From Octopus vulgaris (lineage: Eukaryota), in assembly GCA_951406725.2 (NCBI GenBank), contig OX597824.1, positions 66,278,001 to 66,342,000 of the forward strand: 64,000 bases of DNA. The letters run 5' to 3'. Below the pieces are notes generated by a model. The model ran no database searches. It was not told the origin of the DNA and was given only the letters and a program-made list of their open reading frames with translations. Shown in pieces: positions 22,936 to 37,217 of this stretch. Numbering within the stretch: position 1 is the first letter of the stretch; every line of letters begins with the position of its first letter. The translations under genes were made by a program, and so were the position numbers.

Positions 22936-25900
22936 AATAATAATAATAGTTTAAAATTTTGGTACAATACCAGCAATTTTAGGGGGGGGGCATACTGATT
23001 ACATCAACCCCAGTACTTTATTGATACATTAAATTATTTACCACAAAAAAAGTATGAAGGGTAATGTTGACCTTTGCTAAATTTGAACTCAGAAGAGATG
23101 TTGCAAAGCATTTTCTGCCAGCTAACCACCTTAATAATAATAATAATAATAATGATGATGATGAAAGGTATTCAGCTTTAGGATACTATCTCTCCCTCAC
23201 TGTCCAACAAACTGACCAGCCAAACCTGCCCTTCTACATTCTGTACATCGAGTGCTTTGGTTGGAAGAAGAAGAATACAAGATGTTTTCATGATACTTAA
23301 ATAACACCAATTCAGAACTAAGTTTTGGCACATCTCACAGCTGAACATTTCAAAGAGAATGAAAAAAGAAACAAAACAAAAACAACATCCCAAACAAACA
23401 AGTGCTCAAAGAAAGAATCTTGGTACTTCCAGACAGGTTACACACATACCTGCACATACACACACACACACACACACAGGTGTGCAATGGAAGGCATATA
23501 TATGTATGCTTTCTACAGCACCTGTCTATTCCACTACCCAACCTGCTTGCTTAACAGTTCACTAACCCCTTCTCCTTCTCTGTCTGTCTACCCGTCTGGC
23601 TCTCTCTCCTTCCCTCTCCCCATGTTCTTTTCAAGGTCAATATGTTTGAAACTTAACTTGCTTTTAGAATTCTGTTTTATTTCAAACCATTTTATTTGTT
23701 TAATTTTACTGCAGTGTGTGTTTGTGAATTAGTCCAACAGCTGAAGACAGCTAATGCTTTCATACCAAAAGCATGTAACGTTGGTTTGATCATAGTGTTT
23801 CTTTCTCCCTCCTTCTCCCTCTAATATGTTCCAATGTGCATATTTGCATGTGTACATGTGTACATGCATGTGTACATATGTACTCGCATGTACATTGCAG
23901 TGTGCATATGTACATGCATGTATGCATTACATGCATAATTATACATAGCTGTATATGTGCATAGCTGTATACATGCACAAGCGCATATTTATATTTGTCA
24001 AATGCATGTATGTGCATTTATACATTTGTAGTGTATAAAGTGCATCTACATAGAGAGCATAGAGTTTGTCTGCTGCTATATCCACACCCGTAGAAGCAGT
24101 CATGATGTTCATGTGAAAAGAGAGACAAATAAGAGACAATACTTTCATCAGTTTCATAACAAGCAAGTTTGTTTTAAATATTCAAGAAACAGAAATAAAA
24201 ATTGTTGCATAATTGCCATGAGTTTATTTCACCTCCTCTCTAGGTGTAATATCCACACAACCCAACACCAAAACAAAAGAAATAATAGAAATTGGTGGTA
24301 GTAGTGGGTAAAACAAATGGAAATCAAACAATTCAAATTTAGGCCAATAAAAGGTCGAAATTTCATAAACTATAAAGTAATTACTTGATTCAAATAGCCA
24401 TTAATTGAGAAAGAGGAAGAGGGGGAGAGAACGAGAGAAAAAGAGAGAGTAAAAGCAAAAGAGAAAAATAGATAGAAAGACAGAGAGAGAGAGAGATGTA
24501 GAAAGGAGTAAGATTAGGGATGTGTATCTGTTTATATCTATTTTAATGTAAGGACACATGGCCTTGTAGTCAGGTGTGACATGATCACGGTTTTGATTCC
24601 TAATGAGGTGGTGCATTGTGTTTCTTGAGTAAAGCACTTTAACTCGTGTTGCTCTGCAATCAATCATTTCAACATCTGACATGCGACACACTGTTCAGAC
24701 AAAGTCAATTTGATGGACAGAGTGGGCTAATGTGCAGCACAAACATTTGATCAGTATAAACAAACCATCTGCTCAGGTTGTTAAGCAAGAAGATACTGCA
24801 AAATCCACATCTGTGTGTGCCTGCATGCATGTGTGACACACATGCAACACAATAGCTGTGATGTTGGATTTTTGAGTGTATTATCATGGTTTCAGGCTTT
24901 AGTTGTTGAACTGCACCCATTGTGTTGGGCTTCTGAGCAGGAACAATACACTTTCTAAAGATTGCTCCAGTCTGCTAAGCTAAAAAAGAGGTTCCACTTG
25001 TTATTTTAATTTTAATTTTTCTATTATATGTAATTTTCTAGATGGTGTAATTTAATTATTCATTTTGAATTGATAAAAAGTGGGGGATTTTTCTAATATT
25101 TTATTTATATATATATATATATATATATCCTTCCATACATTATTTGCAAGGAAGAAACAGGATGATCTGGGCTGGAATAAAGATTTTAATCACTGCTCTG
25201 ACCTGAAGCTAAAGAATGATAAGACCAACGACAATCAAGAAATCCTACAACAACTGACTGCATTGGTTTACTGGGTTTTCCCAGTTGAATAATAGAAATC
25301 TTGAAGGAAGTTGTTGAAGCAATGGAAGGTAGGTTGCTTGCTCAACAAGCATGATGAGTCAAAGAAGCAGTTGCTTCACTTACCAGAAATAGCAGCCAAA
25401 TATAAGCAGTTGTTTGACCTAGTAGTAAGCAGCTGCTTGACCTAGTAGAAATAGCAACCAAATATAAGCAAGGATACATAAGATAATGTAGTAGACTGGT
25501 TATACCAAAAAGAAAATGATCTGGAGTGGCTACATGTATGTCTTTCATTGTCTGTTTGGTTTATTAGAGTTGACATTGAAGTGAGCAATAAATCAGTTAC
25601 TGATGACAAATCAAGACTGTCATTGTGTGGAAAATTCTGTGATGCACCAGTTGTGTTCCACCTTTCAAGCAATTGTATTAGTCAGTCTTACCTCACCCAA
25701 AAGATATCTACAATCATATGATTTCCTAATATACTTCCTTGACATTTGAAACATTAAATTTTACTGAGAAATCTCACACACATCTATATCTATCTACCTC
25801 CCCTCTCTCTCGCCACACACATACATCTATATCTACCTAACTCTCTCTCTCTCTCTACACACACACACATCTATATCTACCTAACTATCTATCTATCTAC

Positions 25901-26589
25901 ACACACACACACAGACACACAGACACACACACACACACACAAAAAAACATGAAATGACGTCATTTTCAGCTTTTTGAGAAAATGAAATACTGGTGTTATA
26001 ACTATTTATTTATATATTTGGTAACTTTTAAGGTACACCTCAATTTCATTAAGCCCTTTCCACCTTTCCCAAAACATTTCCTGCAATAGCCTAAACTGAC
26101 CTTGGGTTTATATGATGCAGACTGATTTTGTAGGATATTTTACTTATTAAAAAAAAAATGTGCAGCACATGCCATCAAATAGGGGGAGAGAGTACATTTG
26201 GTTGTCATGTTATAATTGGGAGAAAGCTTTTATAAAATTTCATACAGGGGACTTTCCTGATTAGTCATTTAACCACAGAGTATAAGAAGTGGAAGCTACC
26301 TGAGACTGACTATGCTGAACAAATTTAGTAGTTGAGCTTGTTGAATGTGAGAGAGAGAGAGAGAGACACACACACACGAGTGGGAAAATGGGCTTTAGGG
26401 CATTGTAGTTATATCTTGATATTAGAGTATTAAAGTTGTAAAGAGTTGTAAAAAGTTGTAGAGAGGTTCTCAAACTTTTTTTTTTTCCAGTGGGCTCATT
26501 TGTCATGTCCAGTAGTCTTGCGAACCCCTTGTGGAGAATATAGTATAACATGGTTGGATACTATAAAACAGACAATGTTTAATTTGTTA

Positions 26590-26890
26590 TATGGCTCAGT
26601 GGTTAGAGCTTTAGGCTCACAGTCATGAGGTAGTGAGTTCAATTCCCAAAGCAGGCTGCATATTGTGTTCTTTAGCAATACACTTTATTTCATGCTGCTC
26701 CAATCCACTCAGCTGCAGAAATGAGTTGTGATGTCACTGTGCCAAGTTGTATTGGCCTTTGCCTTTCTCTTGGATAACATCAGTGGAGAGACTGTATGCA
26801 TGGGTGACTACTGCCCAGACTTGTGCCTTGGAGGGGAACTTTTTAAGTGCAATCCCATGATCATTCATGACTGAAGTGGGTCTGTACTTA
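26590..26890 (+). mobile_element. tRNA-derived SINE 'family C'
   Basis: tggctcagtggttagagc A-box and gagttcaattccc B-box; body matches 35220-35567 and 56229-56567. Confidence 0.85.
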
Positions 26891-27074
26891 AATCCAGGTT
26901 GCAAGTCAAAATTTCCAAACAAAAGATTTGACAAAGTTAATCTTTTACAAAATACTATTTGTGAAATATGAGAGTGCATAATTATAAAGTAGTTGGTTAT
27001 GGTTCCTTTAAAATTCCAATGTTTTTTACAGACGCTGCATAAACTTGTAATTTCTCTTGCATAATGTAGAGGTG

Positions 27075-27365
27075 GCACTGTCAGTTATGATGATGAGGGT
27101 TCCAGTTGATTTGACCAACACAACAGCCTGTTCATTAACATTAACATGCAAGTGGCTGAGCACTCCACAGACATGCAGATCCTTAACGTAGTTCTCAGGG
27201 AGATTCAGTGTGACAGAACGTGATTAGGCTGGCCCTCTGAAATACGGGTACTACTCATTTTTACTAGCTGAGAGGACTGAAGCAATGTGAAATAAAGTGT
27301 ATTGCTCAAGGACAACGCACAATTGTGAGCTAAATACTCCTAACCACTAAGTCATGCACTTTCAC
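27075..27365 (-). mobile_element. Family-D SINE
   Basis: Reverse complement of the 42918-43230 body. Confidence 0.78.
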
Positions 27366-28596
27366 TCCACCCTAGAAGTATGCAAGAGAAATTGCTCAGG
27401 TTGAAAAACTTGTAGAGAGTAACAAATAGTGGGTGAGTTGGTAAGAGAGGGAGATAAGTCAAAGCCATTGAAGGAATAAGTAGGTAATGTTTAGCAATAC
27501 CCTTTAACAAAAGGGTATTGCACCAATGTCACATCTTAAAAAGTTAAGATTCTTCATACAAAATGGTTAGGGGACAGGTATATTGCAAGGAGCTCTGAGA
27601 CTTCAATGCCAGAAAAACTATATCAGCAGTGAAAGCAGACTATAACAAAAAGTGATTATCGGTTATAATGATGATAAATGAGAGGATGCTATTTATAATT
27701 AACTGGTTATATAATATAATGAGGAATAAAAAGTGAAGAATAGAAAAAGAAACTCATTGTTCTATTCCCCACCCAATTTATATCTAATAAACAAATCAAC
27801 AACAAAAATCAAAACAAGAAAATAGTTGCTTTGTAATAGTTGGGCACTTCAGAAATAAATGAAAAAAAGAAAAAGGGAAAAATAACCTCATTAATTTTCT
27901 CGATGTAAACAATGTTAATGACATTTTGTTTTGTTTCTATTTTAAAATACTAAGATAATTATTAAATCCTCATTTGATGAACATTTTGGCAATCAGTAGC
28001 AACAGGGGAGTTGGTGCAACCAAGAGAACATGAAATTAGGTGCATTGCTGATAGCTAATTTGGTCCTTTCCAGTTTTGTGGGTGACTTCGTCTTTTCTAG
28101 CCTCGTGTTCAATACAACATACATCAAGAATATGCTGGCATCACTTCAATGAACTATAGCCCATTCTTTTTATGGCCAAAAGAAATTATTATTTTTATTA
28201 ATTTTTGTGTAACAATTTCCATAACCTTACAACAATTGAAAGTTATAACTGCTCCTTTATGTTGTTAATACCTATGAGAAAAGCAGAAATGTCATGTCAT
28301 ATAGCCTCTATGTTTGTACAGAGAATGAACTGGTTTCAAACTAGGTCTGGGGATTCCTCAACCAAGTTAAAATTTAAAACCACTCTCTGATGTAGTTTTT
28401 AAAAGCCCATATGGTAAAAAAAAAAAACAGATTTTAAGCCTTAAGACCATAATGGTATTTGAATTTGGTAAAAAGTTATGAATTTGCAAAATTAAAAATT
28501 CATTATTTTTCTCAACACACATGGAATATGATAGGATTCATGTGCACTGACAATTTGTGTCTAGCATGGAAAAGGTTCCCCAACCATGGTCTAAAT

Positions 28597-28750
28597 CAGT
28601 GGTTCCCAACCTGTGGTCTGCAAAGGTAGTACTAGATTCAAAATTTCATATATATACATACGTAAAGATAAGCATATTAAAATGGGTCCATGGGAAAATT
28701 CATTTAAATAAAAGGGTTGGGAACCACTGTGGAAAGGTTGGAAACTACTG
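28597..28750. mobile_element. hAT-type MITE with duplicated right TIR
   Basis: TIR cagtggttcccaacc / ggttgggaaccactg (ends 28729), second copy ggttggaaactactg (ends 28750); 8-bp TSD gtctaaat / gtctaaac. Confidence 0.8.
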
Positions 28751-28988
28751 GTCTAAACAGTGGTGTGCTATGAAGTATATAATGCTTATTTTTATCTGTG
28801 TACATTCTAAGTTCAGTTCCAGTCAGAGTCAACTTCACCTTCCAACCTCCAGGGTTGATAAACTAACTACTAGAAATATACTGGGATTGAATCAATCCCT
28901 AGCTAAAATTGGCCTTGTATATGCAATAAATAAATGATTACCATCTGCATTTTTAAAGATCTTTAATTACTTAATTCTCCAGAAAAGG

Positions 28989-29107
28989 AAAGATTTGGCT
29001 GCTATTTCTTGCACGCCCTGCTACCATGTAACAGGTATTATGGGTCCTTTATCATAAATAAGTGTTACATGGTGGTAGGGTGTGCTAGAAATAGCAGCCA
29101 AATCTTT
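28989..29107. repeat. 45-bp inverted repeat (hairpin)
   Basis: Arms 28989-29033 and 29063-29107 are reverse complements with 4 mismatches. Confidence 0.9.
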
Positions 29108-30262
29108 GGAGGTGAGATACAATGAATGCACTCAAAAGAAACCTATGAAAAAAAACTATTTCACACCAAGGTTATGAACAAGTCTTTCACAAAAATTTAC
29201 CAGATTTTTAAAGTCATTTTCACTTAAAAATATTTTCCCATCATAATGTGTCTAATGGAAAGGTTAGAGTTTCTTCTCTTTCAGGGTTAAGTTATTTTTG
29301 GAGTATTTCCCATTAAGCACCATTTTGGATATTTATATCCCAAAACCCCAAATATCCCAATAACAACTGGTATGATTTATGCAAAACTTGTTTTATTGTG
29401 TTCGTATTCACATTTCAGGGGTACTTTACTTTCAAAGTATTTTCCCATTATGCACCAGTTAGGCTGTGTAACATTGCAAGCAAGCAAGATTGAACTTCAC
29501 TTTTCACGTATTGTAGATGATGAGTCAATGAGCTTGCTTCTACATCACTGCTCCACTTACTAGAAATAGCAAATCCATCTCTCCCAAATTACACTTTATC
29601 TCTTAAAAAATCTAGATACACTATCTCAAAAAAAAAAAAGACAAAGATCAAATGAAAAAGTAAAATGATTATGGCTGGAAATGCTCCAGGGTTGATACAG
29701 ATCTAAAGAAGTATGTGTGAGTGCATGCCTGCATGTTTGCAGTGAAAGGTTTTAAAGTTAACCAAACTAAATGTGATGAACTGAGAATTCCTTTCTCACT
29801 TGAGTTGGTAAAATACATACATCTAAATTTCTGGGCTCAGTTGAGAGTTCAAACAGAACATGAAATTTATCAGTCTCAGAGGGTTCAAGAAGGATAAGGG
29901 CACTAACTTATTTCCTTGGTTAAACCATTAAAGAAAACTTTACACACTTTGTAAAAAGAATTATTTTCTTTTGTTTCCCTTCAAACATTTTCCCCTTTCA
30001 GCACAAGACTCCTGGCTTTGATTGAATATAGACCCCCAGTAAATGTCTGGTACATATTTTATCAAGTAAAACATGACAGCATAAAGGCTTCATATCAAAT
30101 GGAGTAAATCATTCAATCTGACATTACTGTTTCACTCCCTACTGCCTTACAGTTTGCTGTCATTAGCAAAACAAATGGAGCACAGCTATAATTTGCCCGA
30201 ATTCTGATGAATTGTGAATAGTGAGTGTATAATGCGAGTATGCATGTGCTTGTATATATAAG

Positions 30263-30428
30263 TGCAGGTGTGGATGTGTGGTTAATAAGTTTACTCCTAC
30301 CCACATGGTTTTGGATTTAGTCCCACTGCATGAAACCTAAAGCAAATGTCCTCTACTATAGCTCTGAGCTGACCAAAGCCTTGTGAGTGAAGCTGTTAGA
30401 TGAAAATGAAAAGAAACTAACTGCTTGT

Positions 30429-30468
<40 letters not shown>

Positions 30469-30833
30469 ATTATAATTAAAAATCACAAAAATCCTGGTGA
30501 AATACAGCAATGCAGGATTTCCCAGCCAAAATAATTTATTTCACCATTTATCAAATTTGTAAAAACAAGATGGAGCAATCATCACAAATTCTTCTTAAAA
30601 TGTGTGTGAGAGAGAGAGAGAGAATGTCTTGGCATTGCAGGATTGTTGTGAATGAATGGTAATTACTTTTAATATTCTGTAAAAACATGCCTGACCATAG
30701 GGTAATATTACTTTGCTTGGAAACAGGTAAAGGTTGGCAATTGGAAGAACATCCAGCTGTAGAAAATCTGCATGTATTGGGCCTGTTTAACCCATACAAT
30801 CATGGAAAAGTGGACGTTAAAACAATGATGATG

Positions 30834-30835
<2 letters not shown>
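30263..30835 (+). mobile_element. Family-A-headed SINE with RTE-type tail, interrupted
   Basis: Head at 30263-30420, (GT)n, unrelated insert, then tail catccagctgtagaaaatctgc...catggaaaagtggacgttaaa..atgatgatg. Confidence 0.65.
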
Positions 30836-30874
<39 letters not shown>

Positions 30875-33594
30875 AAAAAGAATATAGTGATCAATATCAG
30901 TGCTCTAATGCTGATTTCTAAGAGCAGTACCACTTGTTTTGTTTCCTCTTACTTTATATCAAGAGATAGCTTTGCTTTTAGCCCATACAATCCCTGTGGG
31001 GTAAGCAAACACAGATTTAGTGTTTACTGGCTTAGCAAGTAATTCGGGCTGCTCTATGACAGAATGAAACAACACTTCCATTACCACCTTCATCATAAGC
31101 AGCAAATCCATTGTCATCACAGCCACTGACACCAACCATCAATCCATCATTATTATAGCCATCACTACACTCACAATTGTCATCAAATGCTTTACAATTT
31201 CTTTGCACTAGAATACAATTTATGTGATCACATCCAGTTTTATTATTGATGATGTGTTGTGTGTGTTTGTTGTATGCTAACCACAGATATACCAGTTACA
31301 TACCAGAAAAACTTAGCAAACTTAGTGTAATACAGTTAAATCAGATTTTAGAAAGCTGGGCTGAGAGTGGACTGAAGTAGACAGAGGACAAGGGTTCCTC
31401 AGTACTTGTTTTGCTCATGCATCACATCATTCAACATATAAAAATACAGGCAATGTAGCAACTAACACAACAAGGACCAAATATATATCAGACAAGTCAG
31501 TGAAAAAAAAAAAATGTGTCTACAGAATCACAAGACCTGCAGTGGCCAATCAAATCACCCTGGACAAATTTCCCATGTTCTTTAAAATTGCTTTCCAATC
31601 TTTAAATTCTAGATCTTAAGACAAAATATTCACAATGTGATGAGACAGTAAAAACGACAATGTAATCAATGAAATTCAACCTCAACTGATGTACAAAAGA
31701 TTATATTTGCACACACACACACACACACACATTTGAAGTATGTAATGCTAAGAAGCTCAACTACTGACCACATGGTAATGAATTCAAATCTCACTGTATT
31801 ATCATACCCGCTGAATTATAATCCATAAGCAAAGCACATAATTCTTTTTGACACTTTGCCAATGACAAAATTTCCAGACATAATCCTGCTTCTTTACAGT
31901 TGAGTGATTAGTAGTAGGCAGGATATTCAGTTAAAACAACCGTGATAACAATTGCGTATGTTTAAATTTGAAAAAATCTCTCAGTCTATGTTTTCATGAG
32001 AAAATTGGAACATAAAACAGTTAAAAATTTTAAAATGATCTCCTGCTGTTTGAATAGTCCCAGATTAACCCTGACTGATAAAAGACTTTTCAGCTGAGAC
32101 TATTTCAATTTTTTTCAAATAAGGTGTATATCATGATCTACATAATCCTATGCATTTTACCTTTATCTTAAATGGTAAAGGTAAGATGCAATGTGAGAGA
32201 TTTGACTGTTGTTTCTAGTAGATCAAGAAGTCAAGTAGAGACTCCCTTGTTGATTCAAAATGTTGACCAAAATGCCATGTCTACAACATGGTGGTTCTGC
32301 CTGAGGAATATATTAAGTGTACAAGTGTTTGTGGAATACTGAACTACTTACACTATTAATTCAATGAGCAGGTAGTTCAGGTTATCTAACAACTAGGATA
32401 CTCATGATTAAAACTAAAAGAGATCCATTATTTTCTTAACTGCCCACATCATAAATCTACTTCTGTAGAATCAGTTGACCAGAACTTTGGTTTTAACAGC
32501 AATTATTACCACTACCGCCACCACTACTGTTTTATATAATTTGTTCTTGCCCAGCTGTGATTTCTACTGAGTTAGACTGGATGAAGAAAAATCCTGCACT
32601 AACACCGGTCTTCAAGAACATTAATGCAAGTAGTGAAAGTTTCAACAGTGTTGATATAAAATCCATACAGCTGCTGAAGTAAGATGAGAGAGTATGTATA
32701 TATGAGAGAGGGGAGGAAGTTATAATGAAAGAGAAGGAGAGAGAGAGATTCGTCTAACTAGAGAGAATACAATGAAATATGAAGATAATGTCAGAGTAAT
32801 GCAATCTGAAGGTAATTAAGTTTGGAATCAATAAATAAGTACTAACTAAGAATACACACATACACGGTTAACTAATGACTAAATATATAGACTCAAAATT
32901 AATGTTTACTGTGCAATAGAAAGTAGAATCTGCAATAAATCTCTCAATAATGCATGCACACACATTCATGGGTGCACCAATATATGCACATATTGATGTG
33001 AGACAATTAAATAGTTACAAAATTAAGGAGACAAAGGAAACTTTAATTAGATTATCTTCAATGCCCAGACATTTAGCTTTTGACATTTCCATCAATATTG
33101 TTAATCCATCTTTGTGAAAAGAACAATCAAATAGTTATCGATTAACAATGCACAAAGCTGGTGATTTTTTATTTTTTTGTCACTCAGACAACATAGAAAT
33201 TGTGTGAGTGTGTATGTGTGTGTATATAGAGTGGGGTGTACAGGTACAAATGTGTGAATATGTGTGCATGTATGTGCATGTGGAAATGCATACATGTATG
33301 TGTATGTAAATGGGACATACAAGAGAGCTGTGGTGTTCTGACTTGTCTGGAAAACCAGTAACTCCAAACAAGAATGAACTCAGACTGCAGTGACCAGTTC
33401 AACTCTTACCAACATAGAAAGTGCGCATAAAACTATGATGACAATGGTGATAGTGGTGATGATAATCAGTATCACAGTATGTGCTTGTGTATATGTGAGA
33501 GAGAGAGAGAGAAAAGGAAAGAAGAGGGAGAGAGAGGGAAGTGGAGAGAGGGGGAAGCAGTGGTGGAAGGGAGACAGAGTGAGAGAGAGATTTA

Positions 33595-33626
33595 GTTTTC
33601 TGATGAACTGTGAAACATGTCGGGAC
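33595..33626 (+). ncRNA. Minimal type-I hammerhead ribozyme motif (Penelope-type), probably degenerate
   Basis: gtttt-CTGATGA-actgt-GAAAC-ATGTC-gggac: intact core, palindromic stem III (ACATGT), stem I of one G-C, one A-U and three G-U pairs. Confidence 0.55.
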
Positions 33627-33784
33627 AGTCTTCACCATTTTTCTCTCAACAAAGGGAATAACAGGATGTATTCACATCTGTTTTTCAAGTTCCACTGTGA
33701 CCTTTAAAAATTGCGGTTCAACTCCTTTAAACTTATGTTAGGCTATTTTTTAACATGCTGTTTTACACAGGTATTTATGTGCGT

Positions 33785-34190
33785 CATCAGCATCATTTTA
33801 ACTTCCACTTTGCCATACTTGTATGGTTCACATGGAATTCATTGAAGCAGATTTTGTATAGCAGGATGCCTTTCCTGCTGCCAACATTTACCTGCTTCCA
33901 AACAAAGTAATGTTTTACCTATGACCTGACATTTTTCGTAGAAGATTGGAAATGAGTGATAACACTTGGACAATGGTAACATTTATTTACAACTATTGGG
34001 CAATGTCAAAACAGGAAGACACACAGAGAGGCTTCTTTCAGTTCCTACCTACCAAATCCATTTACAAGGCCTTGATTGGCCTGGAGGTTACAATACAAGA
34101 TATTTGTCCACAAGGTGCTGTGCAACAGGACTGAATTCCAAACTATGTGGTTGGGAAGCACGCTTCTTAACCACACACCTATGCTTGATC
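33785..34190 (-). mobile_element. Family-A-headed SINE with RTE-derived tail
   Basis: catcattttaacttccactttgccat...gatgcctttcctg tail and ttctttcagtt...accaaatcca...caaggtgc head. Confidence 0.72.
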
Positions 34191-34479
34191 TATTGTGTAT
34201 GTATGAACATTAAATTCAAGGCAACTTGTAGAAACCAATGTAACATTAGTAGTGAGTCTGGATAAGTTTGTATGCTGCAGGAAGAGAAATCTAATATTCT
34301 GGAGTTATCCCTTTAACTGACAGAGAACAAATAAATAAATAATGAATAAATTCTTGTTTATTGTTTTCAAATGACAAAACCTCAAAAATTTCTTTCTTCA
34401 TTTTCAGTGAAGGGACAGCTTGAAATAGCTGATTTCCCTTCTTTCTATAAACTTCACTACAAATGTGTATATGTGTATA

Positions 34480-34840
34480 TCATCATCATCATTTAATGTC
34501 CACTTTCCATGCTGGCATAGGTCGGACTGTTTGATTGAGGAGTGGCAAGCTAGGAGGCTGCACCAGACTTCAATCTGATCTGGCAAGATTTCTACAGCTG
34601 GATGCCCTTCCTAGTGCCAACCACTCCAAGAGTGTAGTGGGTGCTTTTTATGTGCCACCAGCATGGGGGCCAGTTAGGTGGCACTGGCATCAACTATGCT
34701 CAAATGGTGCTTTTTAGGTGCTACCTTCACGGGTGCCAATCAGGTGGTACTGGCATCGGCCATGCTCAAATGGTGCTCTTTACATGCCACCAGCACGGGT
34801 GCCAGTCAGGCGGCACTGGCATGTGCCACAACTATGATTG
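34480..34840 (-). mobile_element. RTE LINE 3' UTR fragment with internal tandem repeats
   Basis: catcatcatcatttaatgtcc...ctacagctggatgcccttcc, then about three roughly 65-bp units tggtgcttttta..tgccaccagcacggg..ccagtcagg.ggcactggcat. Confidence 0.8.
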
Positions 34841-35052
34841 TGTACATGTGTTTATATTATGTAGTATGTACATTTAGATAACTGAATGAAATAATGCATT
34901 CTCTATTAATTTTGACAATATTTCAGTTGTTTGATCATCAGAACTACATCCCTTTGAATTATAATCTAAGTGGCTGAGTATTCCACATATTTGTAGCCTT
35001 AACACAATCCTTTGGTAGACTTAGCAAGACTCACTAAAAGTCCGAGTTGTAC

Positions 35053-35597
35053 CTTAACTCTTTAGCATTTACACCAGTCATATCTGGTCCATATATTCTA
35101 CCTGTTTATTTTAAGCAGTCCAGATCCATCCTCTAACACCCACCCTCCATTGTCATTCTAAAACTAAACAAGCACATCATTCTAAACAATGTGAATAAAT
35201 AAGCATTACATTTGACAGAGTGAAAGTATGTAGCTCAGCAATTAGAGCATCAGGCTCACAATCATGAGGTTGTGAGTTCGATTCCCAGACCAGGCTGTGT
35301 GTTGTGTTCTTGAGCAAGACATTTTATTTCATGTTGCTTCAATTCACTCAGCTGTAGAAATGAGTTGCAACATCATTGGTGCCAAGCTGTATCAGCCTTT
35401 GCCTTTCCCTTAGAAAACATCAGTGATGTGGAGAGGGGAGGCTGGTATGCATGGGCAACTGCTGGCTTTCCATAAACAACCTTGCCTGGATTTGTGCCTT
35501 GGAGGGGAACTTTCTAGCTATAATCCCATGGTCATTTGTGACCGAAGGGGATTTTAACCTTTTACTCTTACATTTGACAGAATCCTAAAGGGCTAAA
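35053..35597. mobile_element. TTAA-type MITE interrupted by a family-C SINE
   Basis: ttaactctttagcatt ... cctaaagggctaa termini; reverse-oriented relative of 10372-10598. Confidence 0.65.
35220..35567 (+). mobile_element. Family-C SINE with 14-bp TSD
   Basis: TSD ttacatttgacaga at 35206-35219 and 35568-35581. Confidence 0.9.
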
Positions 35598-37217
35598 TTA
35601 CTGATACAGTCTATAATTATATATTATTTACTATATTAGAGATACAAGTCCTCCTGACAGGCTCAAGGCTCAGGTTAAACCAAGGCTACAATAGAAGATA
35701 CTTCCTCAAGAACCTGGGATTTCATGACTGTGATGCAAACTTATGAACCAAGGTAATAAACAGAGCCTTAGCAACAACCCCACTAGCAGTCGTAACAACA
35801 TGGCTAGCCAACAAGAAAACTTTTACATGTCTGTTATACATTAAACTTCTGATATTACTAGTTGGTTACTCAACCTACTAGTAATGACAAACCAACTAGT
35901 AATAGCAAAAAAATCTCTTTTGAATCATAACCCATTCTAGAATAGCACATCTGGTAATGTAGTCCTAGGCACATGGTACCTCGAGGAGGGGGTGGTGATA
36001 TGTTATGGTCATGGCTGAAACACTCTTGATCATAGCTTTCCTTCATCAGGATTAGCAGCCTTAAAAACACCACTTGCCCTTTTAAGACATTATGTACTCT
36101 GACGAATATTTAGCTGATAATTCTAGCACCCTCAGTAATGTGTTGAATCTCCTAGTATATTGTAACACTAACATCTCGACAACAAGTCTTTAGAATCAGT
36201 TATATGATCACAATACAGTGTACTTTGCAGCATCAACAGGCTGCAAAGAGATCATAAAGATAAAGACTAATTTTTTAAAACTGAGTAAAGATCATGTCTC
36301 AATTAAACAAGAAGCAGCGAAAGACTGCCATGAGGTGACTCATTTGTATATTGTTGTTGTTATTTAACATTGGGAAAGTCCTGTTTGAGTATATTAATAT
36401 CAAAAGCACTCTATTTGGGTCATCCATCTTTTCGTATATCTAGAAAATATGTGTGCTTTCACTTTCAAGAGTAGAATCTGATTTCTGGGAATTTGATTAC
36501 TGTTTCTAGCAAGCTGAGTAAAAGCATAAAAGTTTCCCTCGTGACTCATGACAAGTTTGGATAAAAAAATACATGCATATGATTGGAAACAACAGTGTAG
36601 TGGTAATCTATATAGACAAGGAAAAGTATTGAAAATTGAACCCAACTTTTAGGTGTCGGGTAAAAGTAGTGAATCCAGATGGGCCCATATTTGAATAGAG
36701 TTGACTGGGACTAGAAAACAGCACCAATACTAACGACAGTTTAATCCATAACCATTAATTTCAAGACCAATGTTATCAGAATCACTGCAATCACCATCAT
36801 GAACACAATACCAAGACCAATGCTCCCCCTGCCCTAACTATTGCTGCCACCCCCACCAGTACCATGGCCAACATTAACACCCCTTCACCACTATCACCTT
36901 TCTCTTTAGAGAAAAAAATCAGACTAAGAAATGGTGATTGCTACAGTAGAGGTTAAAGGAACAACTAGAATTTAGTTCAGACATCACTTAGCAACAACAC
37001 ATTGTTTTCTTGTTAGTTAAATACTAACACACACACATACACATTTACACACACACACACACCATTACACAAACATAATCTTGCAAGATGTACTAGGAGA
37101 AAGATAATGAGAGGATACATCAGAAGCTTGCAAATGATTCAGTTTAAAGATGGACTGATTGAAAATATATGTAGAAGAAAAGGAGGTGGGCAATAAAGAA
37201 ATAGTTTAAGAATTCTT

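Noticed and set aside
36025-36060. Minus-strand CTGATGA-ag-GAAAGCTA
   Set aside because: Stem I does not pair in register; likely chance.
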